Shown here: positions 1-7,892 of the stretch, in pieces | Layout: every line of letters starts with the position of its first letter | Numbering within the stretch: the first letter of the stretch is position 1 | Assembly (NCBI RefSeq): GCF_001441165.1 | Contig: NZ_CP013126.1 | Span: forward strand, 625,551-649,550 | Source: Acidipropionibacterium acidipropionici | GTDB taxonomy: Bacteria; Actinomycetota; Actinomycetes; Propionibacteriales; Propionibacteriaceae | Length of the DNA: 24,000 nt | Direction of reading: 5' to 3' | Made by a program: the position numbers and the translations under genes | Notes under the pieces: generated by a model | What the model saw: the letters and a program-made list of their open reading frames with translations, nothing else | Databases searched by the model: none | Told to the model about the DNA's origin: nothing

Positions 1-1142
1 AGCTGTCGGGCACCCAGGTGGGCATCACCCTCACCACGATTCTGCTGGGCTACACCACCCAGACCTCGATCGCCGACCTGCTCACCTCCGCCATGGGCCA
101 CGCCGGTCTGGCGCAGGCCCTTGCCGCCGCGATCGCAGCCGTGGTCGCCGCCGTGTTCATCAACATGTTCTCGATGCTCTTCGGCGAGCTGGTGCCCAAG
201 AACATGGCGATGGCCCACCCGATGTGGACCGCCGGCAAGGTGGCGCCGGTCCAGATGTTCTTCACCACCCTCTTCCGGCCTCTCATCGTCGTCCTGAACG
301 GCTCGGCCAACTGGCTGCTCCACCGGATGGGCATCGAGCCGCGGGAGGAGATCTCCTCGGCCCGCTCGGCCACCGAGCTCGCCGCCCTGGTGCGCCACAG
401 CGCCGAGGAGGGCACCCTGGACATCTCGACCGCCAGCCTGCTCACCAAGTCCATCCACATCAAGGACCTCACCGCCGTCGACGTCATGACGGACCGCGGC
501 CTGGTGACCACCCTGCCCGAATCCGCCACCGCCGCCGACGTCGTCGCGAAGGCGGAGGAGACCGGCCACTCCCGCTTCCCCGTCATCGGCGACAGCTTCG
601 ACGACGTGCTGGGCCTGGTGAGTCTGCGCCGGGCCGTCGGGGTGCCCTTCGAACGACGCGATCAGGTGCCGGTGATGTCCTCCTCGCTGATCGCCGAGGC
701 GCCGCGCGTCCCCGAGACCGTGAACCTCCAGACCCTGCTGGTGCGGCTGCGCGACGAGGGCCTCCAGATGGCGGTCGTCGTCGACGAGTACGGCGGCGTC
801 TCCGGGGTCGTCACCCTGGAGGACGTCGTGGAGGAGATCGTCGGCGAGGTCGCCGATGAGCACGACGAGCGGCGTCTGGGAATCCGTCCGCTGCCCGACG
901 GCTCCTACATGGTGCCCGGGCGGCTGCGACCCGACGAGCTGCGGGAGCGCACCGGGATCGCGCTGCCCGAGGACCCCCTCTACGAGACCCTCGGCGGTCT
1001 CATGATGGCCCGCCTCGAGAGGATCCCCGAGGTCGGCGACAGCGTCGAGGTGGACGGCGTCGGCCTGACGGTGGCGCGAATGCGGGGCCGACGGGTGCTG
1101 GCGCTCACCGTCACCCCGCCCCCCCGAAGAGGACGAGAGTGA
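1..1142 (+). CDS. CNNM/CorC-HlyC family transporter (DUF21 membrane domain + CBS pair + CorC_HlyC tail); 5' end lies outside the window
   Basis: The reading frame is open from nt 3 (LSGTQVGITLTT...), so the Met at 18 in the ORF track is internal. It carries the DUF21 motif FGELVPKNMAM. The CBS-pair signatures are VMTDRG, GHSRFPV and VVDEYGGVSGVVTLEDVVEEIVGEV. The C-terminal YETLGGLMMARLERIPEVGDSVEVDG block is typical of the CorC_HlyC domain. Stop TGA at 1140-1142. Confidence 0.9.
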   Translation, partial: LSGTQVGITLTTILLGYTTQTSIADLLTSAMGHAGLAQALAAAIAAVVAAVFINMFSMLFGELVPKNMAMAHPMWTAGKVAPVQMFFTTLFRPLIVVLNGSANWLLHRMGIEPREEISSARSATELAALVRHSAEEGTLDISTASLLTKSIHIKDLTAVDVMTDRGLVTTLPESATAADVVAKAEETGHSRFPVIGDSFDDVLGLVSLRRAVGVPFERRDQVPVMSSSLIAEAPRVPETVNLQTLLVRLRDEGLQMAVVVDEYGGVSGVVTLEDVVEEIVGEVADEHDERRLGIRPLPDGSYMVPGRLRPDELRERTGIALPEDPLYETLGGLMMARLERIPEVGDSVEVDGVGLTVARMRGRRVLALTVTPPPRRGRE

Positions 1143-1154
1143 GGAGGAGGACCG

Positions 1155-2198
1155 GTGAATCCCCTGATCGGACTGCTCATCACCGTCGGCCTGCTGGGCG
1201 TCAACGCCTTCTTCGTGGCCGGCGAGTTCGCCGTCACCTCCTCGCGTCGAGCCCAGATCGAGCCGCTCTACGCCGAGCGCAGGCGCGGCTCCGCCAAGGC
1301 CATGTACGCCCTGGAGAACGTCTCCCACATGCTGTCGATCTGCCAGCTGGGCGTCACCGTCGCCTCGACCACCCTCGGCGTGGTGGCCGAGCCGGCCATC
1401 GCCCACCTGGTCGAGGGCCCGCTGACCGCAGCCGGGCTGCCGGAGGCCTCCTCCCACGTCGTCGGCTTCGTCGTGGCCCTGCTGCTGGTGGTCTACCTCC
1501 ACGTGGTCTTCGGCGAGATGGTGCCCAAGAACCTCTCGATCGCCATGCCGCAGAACGCGCTGCTGCTGCTCGCCCCGCCGCTGGTGGCGATCGGTGCGGT
1601 CTTCAAGCCGATCATCTACGCGATGGACCACATCGCTAACTGGTTCGTCCGCAAGGCGGGGCTCACACCGCGCTCCGAGATCTCGGCGGCCTTCACCGCC
1701 GAGGAGGTGGCCTCGATCGTCGAGCAGTCCGAGCAGCAGGGCAAGATCCACGACGACCTGGGGCTGCTGTCGGGCTCCCTGGAGTTCTCCGAGCGCTCCG
1801 CCGGAGACGCGATGGTCCCCCTGACCGAGCTCGACACCCTCCCGGAGGGCTGCACCCCCGCCCAGGTGGAGCGCCATGTGGCGCTGACCGGCTTCTCCCG
1901 GTTCCCGGTGACCAGGCCGGACGGCGTCATCACCGGCTACCTGCATCTCAAGGACGTGCTCTACGCCCACGGCTCCGAGCGCGACGAGCCGGTGACGCCG
2001 TGGCGGATCCGCAGGATGGAGCGGGTCCGCGACACCGACGAGGTGGAGGACGCCATGCGCCACATGCAGCGCACCGGCGGCCACTGCGCCGAGGTGGTGG
2101 ACGCCGACGGCACCGTCGAGGGGGTGCTCTTCCTAGAGGACATCCTCGAGGAACTGGTCGGGGAGATCCGCGACTCCCTCCAACGTGATCAGATCTGA
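1155..2198 (+). CDS. CNNM/DUF21-CBS family protein (hemolysin-family paralog lacking the CorC_HlyC tail)
   Basis: GTG start at 1155 is preceded by GAGGAGGAGGA (1141-1151). DUF21 motifs are LLGVNAFFVAGEFAV and FGEMVPKNLSI. The CBS pair shows AMVPLTEL, GFSRFPV and VVDADGTVEGVLFLEDILEELVGEI. The protein ends right after the CBS pair. It forms a tandem pair with the upstream paralog. Confidence 0.9.
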   Translation: MNPLIGLLITVGLLGVNAFFVAGEFAVTSSRRAQIEPLYAERRRGSAKAMYALENVSHMLSICQLGVTVASTTLGVVAEPAIAHLVEGPLTAAGLPEASSHVVGFVVALLLVVYLHVVFGEMVPKNLSIAMPQNALLLLAPPLVAIGAVFKPIIYAMDHIANWFVRKAGLTPRSEISAAFTAEEVASIVEQSEQQGKIHDDLGLLSGSLEFSERSAGDAMVPLTELDTLPEGCTPAQVERHVALTGFSRFPVTRPDGVITGYLHLKDVLYAHGSERDEPVTPWRIRRMERVRDTDEVEDAMRHMQRTGGHCAEVVDADGTVEGVLFLEDILEELVGEIRDSLQRDQI

Positions 2199-2256
2199 GG
2201 GCCCGAAGGCTGATCATCGGTCGACGTCGCGCCCCGACGGACGGATACTTGCCGTC

Positions 2257-2793
2257 GTGACTGACGCGACCACCACCCTGAGCACCCGTTTCGCCGCCCC
2301 CGATGACGCCGAGCGCATCCACCGCATCGTGGAGGCCGCCTACCGGGCCAAGGGCGAGGGAGCGGGCTGGACCACCGAGTCGGGGATCCTCGACGGGCAG
2401 CGCACCGATCTGCGCGAGATCGGCGAGCTCATCGCCAACCCCGACGGCGGGCTGCTCACGCTTCGCGAGGACGACCGCATCGTCGCCACCTGCCAGCTGG
2501 AGCGCCGCAGCGACCACGCCTACTTCGGGATGTTCGCCGTCGATCCGGCGGCCCAGGCCCACGGCCTGGGCAAGTACCTGCTGTCGGAGGCCGGACGGGT
2601 GGCCCGCGAGGAATGGGGCCTGTCGCAGATGCGGCTGACGGTGATCGCCGCCCGCACCGACCTCATCGCCTGGTATGAGCGCCGCGGCTTCCGGCCCACC
2701 GGGGCCACCTCCCCCTTCCCCTACGGCGACGAGCGGTTCGGCATCCCGCGCGTCGAGGGCCTGCACTTCGTCGAGTTCTCGATGGACCTGTGA
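2257..2793 (+). CDS. GNAT family N-acetyltransferase
   Basis: The acetyl-CoA binding core reads YFGMFAVDPAAQAHGLGKYLLSEA ... LIAWYERRGFRPTG. The ORF track starts at 2185, which overlaps the upstream gene. I prefer the in-frame GTG at 2257 (VTDATTTLSTRF...), giving 178 aa, but the start is uncertain. Confidence 0.8.
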   Translation: MTDATTTLSTRFAAPDDAERIHRIVEAAYRAKGEGAGWTTESGILDGQRTDLREIGELIANPDGGLLTLREDDRIVATCQLERRSDHAYFGMFAVDPAAQAHGLGKYLLSEAGRVAREEWGLSQMRLTVIAARTDLIAWYERRGFRPTGATSPFPYGDERFGIPRVEGLHFVEFSMDL

Positions 2794-2817
2794 CCCCGCT
2801 CACCCCCACTCACCTCA

Positions 2818-2833
2818 TGTGACATATCTCACA
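2818..2833. promoter_or_regulatory. Perfect CRP/GlxR-type palindrome TGTGA-N6-TCACA
   Basis: The sequence aTGTGAcatatcTCACAt matches both half-sites of the CRP-family consensus, and the spacer CATATC has the central TA of the corynebacterial GlxR consensus TGTGAnnTAnnTCACA. The site centre lies about 40.5 nt upstream of A2866. Confidence 0.5.
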
Positions 2834-2853
2834 TCGCAGGGCGGATCCTCCGC

Positions 2854-2859
2854 TACTGT
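2854..2859 (+). promoter_or_regulatory. -10-like hexamer TACTGT placed for a leaderless transcript starting at ATG 2866
   Basis: TACTGT fits the actinobacterial TAnnnT pattern and ends 6 nt before the A of ATG 2866. There is no Shine-Dalgarno sequence between it and the start codon. This geometry is typical of leaderless actinobacterial mRNAs. Confidence 0.35.
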
Positions 2860-2865
2860 GCTGCG

Positions 2866-3189
2866 ATGATCCGCATTCTCTACTGGCTGGTGTGGCTGGC
2901 CCTGGGGTGCTGGCTGGCTGCCTGGGCCCTTGAGGGCCTCACCGCCGCCGACCAGCGCGTCTCCCGGCTGCCCGTCCTGTCGTCGACGGCGCAGTACGGG
3001 ATGCCGCCCTTCGCCGTGGCACTGCTCATCGGCGTGGGCTGGGGACTGATGGCGACCTTCAGCTGGGCGTGGACGCCGGACCCGGGAAAGGCGCGACGTC
3101 GCCGGGCCACCGCCTTCGCGATGGGCCGTCTCGTCGAGTCCGCACGCACCGGTGTGACCATCAACGACGTCCCCCAGTACGACCTGTAG
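2866..3189 (+). CDS. Small membrane protein; N-terminal part (two TM helices) of a DUF3592-like protein ending at an in-frame TAG
   Basis: Hydrophobic segments are ILYWLVWLALGCWLAAWAL and PPFAVALLIGVGWGLMATFSWAW. The ORF ends at TAG 3187-3189, but the same frame continues open with coding-like GC3 (see the next feature). Confidence 0.6.
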   Translation: MIRILYWLVWLALGCWLAAWALEGLTAADQRVSRLPVLSSTAQYGMPPFAVALLIGVGWGLMATFSWAWTPDPGKARRRRATAFAMGRLVESARTGVTINDVPQYDL

Positions 3190-3663
3190 ATCCGGGTCGG
3201 CCCCGGTGAGGGAGGCGAGTTCATCGGCCGCTACCGCACCCTCGTCCCGGCCTCGGAGGCCGCCCTGCTGCGCCGGGGGATCCCGCTGCCGGTGCGCTAC
3301 AACCCGGCGAATCACGACACCGTGCGGCTCGCCGATCTCGACGACGCCGCGGTCCAGCGGGCCATCATCGACTGGCGCGTCGAACGCGGGCTGCTGTCGG
3401 CGGCCCATTCCCGGGCGCTGCGCGACGGCGTCGAGACGCCGGCCTCTGTGATGGCCCTGCGGCCCACGGGTCGGCGCAGGGACGGCGAGGTCGAGATGAC
3501 CCTCACCCTGCTCATGGCACCCGAGGACGGAGCCGCATGGGAGGCCGAGAGCACCGGATTCGTCGACCCGGACGCCCTGTCGGCCATCCAGGTGGGCTCC
3601 CCGGTACTGGCCTGGTACCTGCCGGGCGCCCCCTTCGACCCCGCGGTGGAGGTGCGGAGATGA
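3190..3663 (+). pseudogene. C-terminal remainder of the same DUF3592-like protein (same frame as 2866-3189, separated only by TAG 3187-3189)
   Basis: The 34 codons 3190-3291 contain no stop and 32 of the 34 end in G or C. The only in-frame restart is GTG 3292, which is the ORF-track start; it has no SD and falls inside the motif PLPVRYNPANHDTV. A second beta-rich module follows (ASVMALRPTG...VGSPVLAWYLPGAPFD). The architecture parallels the downstream paralog. Confidence 0.5.
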
Positions 3664-4199
3664 GCACTCTGGTCTGGCTGGCGAACTTCCCGGTCTCCAA
3701 CGGCTACGCGATGATCTTCATCGGAGCCTTCTCACTCATGGGCCTGGGCATGATGACCTTCGGCGGGGGCACCACCGGCGACGGGAAACTGCAGAAGATC
3801 CGCGCCGCCCAGGGCCTGCCTGAGGCCCGATCCGGCGAGGAGCTGCGCGCCGGGCTGAGGACCGCCCGGCGGATCCTGGCGGGTCTGCTGCTGATCGGCA
3901 TGGTGGCCTGCCTGGCCCTGGGCATCATGGGAGTCACCGGGCGCGGCGCCACCCGGGCCTGGATCCACGACCACGGCACCGCCGCCGACGCCACCATGGT
4001 CAGCGTCGAGGGAGAGGACTTCGTCGCCTTCGAGGCCGCCGACGGACGGACCTACTGGCTGCACAACGACTTCTTCAGCCCGGCGACCTGGCCCGACCGA
4101 GAGGCCTTCGTGTCCTCGGGCACCCGCTTCCAGGTGCGCTACCTGCCCGACCATCCGCAGGCCTACGTCATCGACACCGACACCCTGCCGGACCGCTAG
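3660..4199 (+). CDS. Membrane protein with a DUF3592-like C-terminal domain (paralog of 2866-3663)
   Basis: ATG 3660 overlaps the upstream stop as ATGA and is preceded by GGAGGTGCGGAG. There are two TM segments (YAMIFIGAFSLMGLGMMTF and ILAGLLLIGMVACLALGIMGV). These are followed by ATMVSVEGEDFVAFEAADGRTYW...GTRFQVRYLPDHPQAYVI. The ORF-track start at 3537 is rejected because it overlaps the upstream gene. Confidence 0.8.
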   Translation: MSTLVWLANFPVSNGYAMIFIGAFSLMGLGMMTFGGGTTGDGKLQKIRAAQGLPEARSGEELRAGLRTARRILAGLLLIGMVACLALGIMGVTGRGATRAWIHDHGTAADATMVSVEGEDFVAFEAADGRTYWLHNDFFSPATWPDREAFVSSGTRFQVRYLPDHPQAYVIDTDTLPDR

Positions 4200-5023
4200 T
4201 CGTCGCTCCCCGCGAGGTAGCTCTCCAGGAACTGGGCGACGCCGTCCTCGGTGTTGGGCCCGATGACGGTGTCGGCGACGGCCTTGACGTCGTCGCGGGC
4301 ATTGCCCATCGCGATCGGATGGCCGATCGCCGCCAGCCAGGAGACGTCGTTCTCCCCGTCGCCGAAGCCCATGCAGTCGGAGGGATCGACGCCGATCTGC
4401 GCGAGCACCGCCAGGATGGCGGGCCTCTTGTCGGCACCGGGGGCCGAGGTCTCGAAGAACTCGGGCAGTGAGCGGTCCAGGGCGGGGAACCTGGCCTTGA
4501 TCTGCGAGGTGATCCGGTCGAGGTGGTCGCGGGGGCCCCACACCATCATCTTGATGGCCTCGACGCTGCGCAGGTCATCGGTGGCGATGAGCGGGCGGTA
4601 CAGGTTGGAGGCCTCCAGGATCTGCGCCGAACGGTCGTCACGGGTGGCGGCGTAGAGCTCCTCGTCGCCGAAGACGGTGGCCACCAGGCCGAACTCGTCG
4701 GCCAGGTCGAGCACCTCGTCGACGACGGCCGGCGGCATGGGCCGACGGAACAGCACCTCCTGGCTCGGGGTGGCGATCGCGATGCCGCCCCCGCAGGCCA
4801 CAACGTATCCGGGGGTGCCCACAGACTCCAAGGGCAGGCGGGCCGCCAGCAGCGCCCTCCCGGTGATGGTGATCGGGGTGATACCCGCCTCGGGCAGCCT
4901 CGCCACCACCCGGCAGGTGCGCTCGGAGACCTGAAGATCGGCCCCGGCCAGGGTGCCGTCGATGTCGAAGGCCATCGCCCGGATCCGCGCCGGCGCCGAT
5001 GCTGGTCCCGCTTCCCTGTTCAC
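4196..5023 (-). CDS. Cof-type HAD-IIB family hydrolase (sugar-phosphate phosphatase-like)
   Basis: HAD motif I is MAFDIDGTL. Then come ITITGR and the motif IV region GFGDGENDVSWLAAIGHPIAMGNA. The start is either GTG 5023 or, perhaps better, ATG 4975, which places DIDGTL near the N-terminus. The stop overlaps the convergent gene by 4 nt. Confidence 0.85.
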   Translation of the reverse strand: MNREAGPASAPARIRAMAFDIDGTLAGADLQVSERTCRVVARLPEAGITPITITGRALLAARLPLESVGTPGYVVACGGGIAIATPSQEVLFRRPMPPAVVDEVLDLADEFGLVATVFGDEELYAATRDDRSAQILEASNLYRPLIATDDLRSVEAIKMMVWGPRDHLDRITSQIKARFPALDRSLPEFFETSAPGADKRPAILAVLAQIGVDPSDCMGFGDGENDVSWLAAIGHPIAMGNARDDVKAVADTVIGPNTEDGVAQFLESYLAGSDD

Positions 5024-5076
5024 GGGTCCAGCCTAGGGGCGACGCCGGGGCCCGTCACCCGGGACAGTCCTGCTCG

Positions 5077-6945
5077 TCAGCCGATCAGCCGCCTCGCCGC
5101 GGCGACGATCCCGTCGGCGTCGATGCCCGCCCAGTGCAGCAGTTCGGCGCCCGTCCCGGATCCCGGGATCCCGCGGACCGCCAGATGGGCGACGTCCAGG
5201 CCGGCGATCCCGGCCCCGGCCAGCCCCGACAGCACGGCCTCGCCCAGGCCGCCCTGGGCGTGGTGGTCCTCGGCGACGACCAGACGTCCGCCGGTGGCCC
5301 GGACCGCGCCGGCGATGGTGGCGGCGTCGAGAGGCTTGACGGAGTAGGCGTCGATCACGGTGGCCTCGATGCCCTGCCCGGCGAGCCGCTCGGCGGCCGC
5401 CAGGGCCTGGTGGACGGTGACCCCGGCGCCCACGATGGTGACCCGGTCGCCGGAGCGCAGCACCTTCGATCCTCCGATCGGGAAGGTCTCGTCGGAGCCG
5501 TAGAGCACCGGGTACCCGCCGCGGGTGGTGCGCAGGTAGCTGATGCCGTCGGTGGCGGCCATCCGGGCCACCAGGTCGGCGGTGCTGGTGGCGTCGCTGG
5601 GGTAGAGAACCGTGGATCCCTCCACGGCCCGCATCATGGCGAGATCTTCCAGGGCCATCTGGGAGGGGCCGTCGGCCCCGATCTCCACCCCGGCGTGAGA
5701 GCCGGCGATGCGCAGGTCGGCCCGCGAGATGGCGCCCATCCGGATGAAGTCGAAGGCGCGGGTGAGGAAGGCCGCGAAGGTCGACGCGAAGGGCTTGTAG
5801 CCGCGCACGCTCAGGCCGGTGGCCGCCCCGATGAGCTGCTGCTCGGCGATGTACATCTCGAAGTAGCGCTCCGGGAGGGCCTTGACGAAGTCGCCGGTGC
5901 CGGTCGAGTTGGACACCTCGGCGTCCAGGGCGACGACCTTCGGATCGGCCCTCCCGACCGCCGTCAGAGCCGCGCCGTAGGCCTTGCGGGTGGCCATCTC
6001 CTGGCCGATCTCGTAGCGCGGCAGCTCCACGGCGGTCGCGTTCTGCTGCGGCGTCGCCGGGAGCTCCCGGGGCCCGGGACCGCTGACCACGTCGTTGCGC
6101 ACCCCGCCGAGGGCCTCCACGGCGGGGCCTGCGATCTCCTCGGGCAGCGGCTTGCCGTGCCAGTCGGGGCTGTCCTCGATCTGCGGGACGCCCTTGCCCT
6201 TGACAGTCCGCGCGAGGATCACGGTCGGCCGGCCCTCCCCGTTCTCGGCGTCGGCCATCGCGGCGTCGATCTGCGCCAGGTCATGGCCGTCGATCGTGAG
6301 GACGCGGGCTCCGAAGGCCTCGAAGCGGCGGGCGTAGGCATCCAGATCCCAGCCGAGTTCGGTGGGGCCGCGCTGGCCGAGCCGGTTGACGTCGACGATC
6401 GCGACGAGGTTGTCGAGCTGATAGTGAGAGGCCTTGTCGACGGCCTCCCAGATGGATCCCTCGGCGAGCTCGGAGTCCCCGCACAGCACCCACACGCGGT
6501 AGGGCAGCTTGTCCAGGTACTTGCCCGCCAGGGCGATCCCGACGCCGTCGGGCAGGCCCTGCCCCAGGGATCCGGTGGCGACGTCGACCCACGGCAGCAC
6601 CGGGGTCGGATGGCCCTGGAGCCGGGAGCCGAATCGCCGGTACCCCGTCATGAGCTCCTCCTCGCCGACCTGCCCGGCGGCCTTGAAGACCGAGTAGATC
6701 AGTGGGGAGGCGTGCCCCTTGGAGAAGATGAGATGGTCGTTGGCCGGGTTGTCCGGCTCCTCCCAGTCGTAGCGCAGGTGGCGGCTCATGAGCACCGCCA
6801 GCAGGTCGGCGGCCGACAGGGAGGACGTCGGGTGGCCGGAGCCGGCGCTGGTGCTGGCGCGGATCGAGTCGACCCGCAGCTGAGCGGCGAGGTCCTGCAG
6901 CGCAGTGGTGTCCGTCGTCGGGACGGGCGTCGTGGTCGTGCTCAT
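5077..6945 (-). CDS. tkt: Transketolase, short (about 620 aa) mammalian-type form
   Basis: RBS GAGAGGAG lies upstream of ATG 6945. Diagnostic stretches are SAGSGHPTSS, FSKGHASPLIY, ATGSLGQGL, GDSELAEGSIWEA...LDNLVAIVDVNRLGQ, YIAEQQ and GADGPSQMALEDLAMMRA. These run collinear with my recollection of human TKT rather than E. coli TktA. Confidence 0.93.
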   Translation of the reverse strand: MSTTTTPVPTTDTTALQDLAAQLRVDSIRASTSAGSGHPTSSLSAADLLAVLMSRHLRYDWEEPDNPANDHLIFSKGHASPLIYSVFKAAGQVGEEELMTGYRRFGSRLQGHPTPVLPWVDVATGSLGQGLPDGVGIALAGKYLDKLPYRVWVLCGDSELAEGSIWEAVDKASHYQLDNLVAIVDVNRLGQRGPTELGWDLDAYARRFEAFGARVLTIDGHDLAQIDAAMADAENGEGRPTVILARTVKGKGVPQIEDSPDWHGKPLPEEIAGPAVEALGGVRNDVVSGPGPRELPATPQQNATAVELPRYEIGQEMATRKAYGAALTAVGRADPKVVALDAEVSNSTGTGDFVKALPERYFEMYIAEQQLIGAATGLSVRGYKPFASTFAAFLTRAFDFIRMGAISRADLRIAGSHAGVEIGADGPSQMALEDLAMMRAVEGSTVLYPSDATSTADLVARMAATDGISYLRTTRGGYPVLYGSDETFPIGGSKVLRSGDRVTIVGAGVTVHQALAAAERLAGQGIEATVIDAYSVKPLDAATIAGAVRATGGRLVVAEDHHAQGGLGEAVLSGLAGAGIAGLDVAHLAVRGIPGSGTGAELLHWAGIDADGIVAAARRLIG

Positions 6946-7016
6946 CGGATGCTCCTCTCGGGAGATTCATTCCTGATGTCCAGCCACCTTTGCACGCTGT
7001 GCCGCTCAGACCAGCC

Positions 7017-7047
7017 CTGGCGGGCACCGATCACCGGTGTCCGCCAG
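7017..7047 (-). terminator. Hairpin (13-bp stem with one non-Watson-Crick pair, 5-nt loop) downstream of the DUF4232 fragment and upstream of tkt
   Basis: The structure is CTGGCGGGCACCG-atcac-CGGTGTCCGCCAG. It starts 33 nt after the stop at 7080. There is no U-tract, which is common for actinobacterial terminators, so the assignment is tentative. Confidence 0.4.
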
Positions 7048-7079
7048 GAACGAACCCTGCGCCGTGCGGGAATACCGCG

Positions 7080-7547
7080 TCAGGAGCCCGGATGGACCGG
7101 GCCGATCTGCAGCCAGTCGGACTTCGAGGTGCAGGCCGTCATGCCCTTCTGGGCGATGTAGGCGGCGTGGGTCTCGCCCGGCGGGTAGATCCGCCATCCG
7201 TCGGCCTTGCCGACCTTGCACTCGGAGCCGAGCGGGCCGCCGCCGTCACCGATGTTCACCGCGAAGATGGTGGCGTAGGCGCTGGCGTTGGGGATCAGCG
7301 TGACCCTGCTGCCCTTCTCCCCGGACCGGGAGGCGGCCTTCCCGAGCTGTGTGCCGTTGTCGTGGCCCACCGCGGAGACGCCCGGATAGCCCTGGAGGGT
7401 GCAGGGGCTGCCGGAGGTGTTCTGGAAGCAGATCCGGTAGCCCAGGTGGCCGACCGCCGCCACAACCCTCGCCGAATGACGAGGACGGGTCGAACTGCGA
7501 TTGATCATCATCCCACCCCGAAGCTGATCGACTGTGTTTTTCCGCAC
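7080..7547 (-). CDS. DUF4232-like protein, N-terminally truncated and without a signal peptide (possible gene remnant)
   Basis: It has the core CTLQGYPGVSAVGHDNGTQLG...ECKVGKADGWRIYPPGE. It aligns with residues from about 62 onward of the intact paralog at 12302-12856, but lacks that paralog's signal peptide and first Cys region. The start is uncertain: GTG 7547 after GGAG, or ATG 7511. Confidence 0.6.
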   Translation of the reverse strand: MRKNTVDQLRGGMMINRSSTRPRHSARVVAAVGHLGYRICFQNTSGSPCTLQGYPGVSAVGHDNGTQLGKAASRSGEKGSRVTLIPNASAYATIFAVNIGDGGGPLGSECKVGKADGWRIYPPGETHAAYIAQKGMTACTSKSDWLQIGPVHPGS

Positions 7548-7577
7548 CGTACTCCGGAGCGGGCGAATGTAACGGCC

Positions 7578-7892
7578 TCAGCGTCCGATGGCAGGCGGCG
7601 TGTCGGGCACCCCCACCGCAGGGTGCGGCAGTCGGCGCACCATGGGGCTCCTGGCGTGCAGGGCCGGGCCGACGTCCTTGGGATCGACGCCGTTCTCCTC
7701 GCAGATCTGCAGGAAGGCCGCCCAGGCCCGGGCGAGATCCATCCTGGCTGTGAGTACCTGCTGGGAGACGGTGACGATCATCGCCCTGGTGTTCTGGGAG
7801 CGCAGGGCGTCGGCGCAGATCTCCTCGGTCTCGGTGCGCTCGACCACTTTCTTGTAGGCCACCTCGACGTCGGATGGAATGCTTTTACTCAT
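7578..7892 (-). CDS. Hypothetical 104-aa protein with a predicted helical N-terminal region and a Pro-rich tail; no family recognised
   Basis: ATG 7892 is preceded by GGGAGG at good spacing. The codon third positions are GC-rich. The start overlaps the stop of the upstream micro-ORF as ATGA. I can assign no motif. Confidence 0.65.
   Translation of the reverse strand: MSKSIPSDVEVAYKKVVERTETEEICADALRSQNTRAMIVTVSQQVLTARMDLARAWAAFLQICEENGVDPKDVGPALHARSPMVRRLPHPAVGVPDTPPAIGR

Noticed and set aside
3187-3189. The in-frame TAG read as pyrrolysine or another programmed recoding event
   Set aside because: No pyl genes or recoding signals are visible and this is not expected in this kind of organism. 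A nonsense mutation or a sequencing error is the simpler explanation. Read-through is kept only as an untested possibility in the finding.
4196-4199. A 4-nt CTAG overlap of the convergent stop codons of the DUF3592-like gene and the HAD phosphatase gene
   Set aside because: It is real but trivial. TAG on both strands forms a palindromic CTAG, which is common in compact genomes and has no implied function.
4999-7161. A 720-aa plus-strand ORF and other long ORFs antisense to the transketolase gene (for example 6281-7027 on the minus strand in another frame)
   Set aside because: Its composition is dominated by Gly, Arg, Asp, Pro, Ala and His with no recognisable motif. It lies exactly opposite a gene with unmistakable transketolase motifs. 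This is a typical stop-poor shadow frame of GC-rich DNA.
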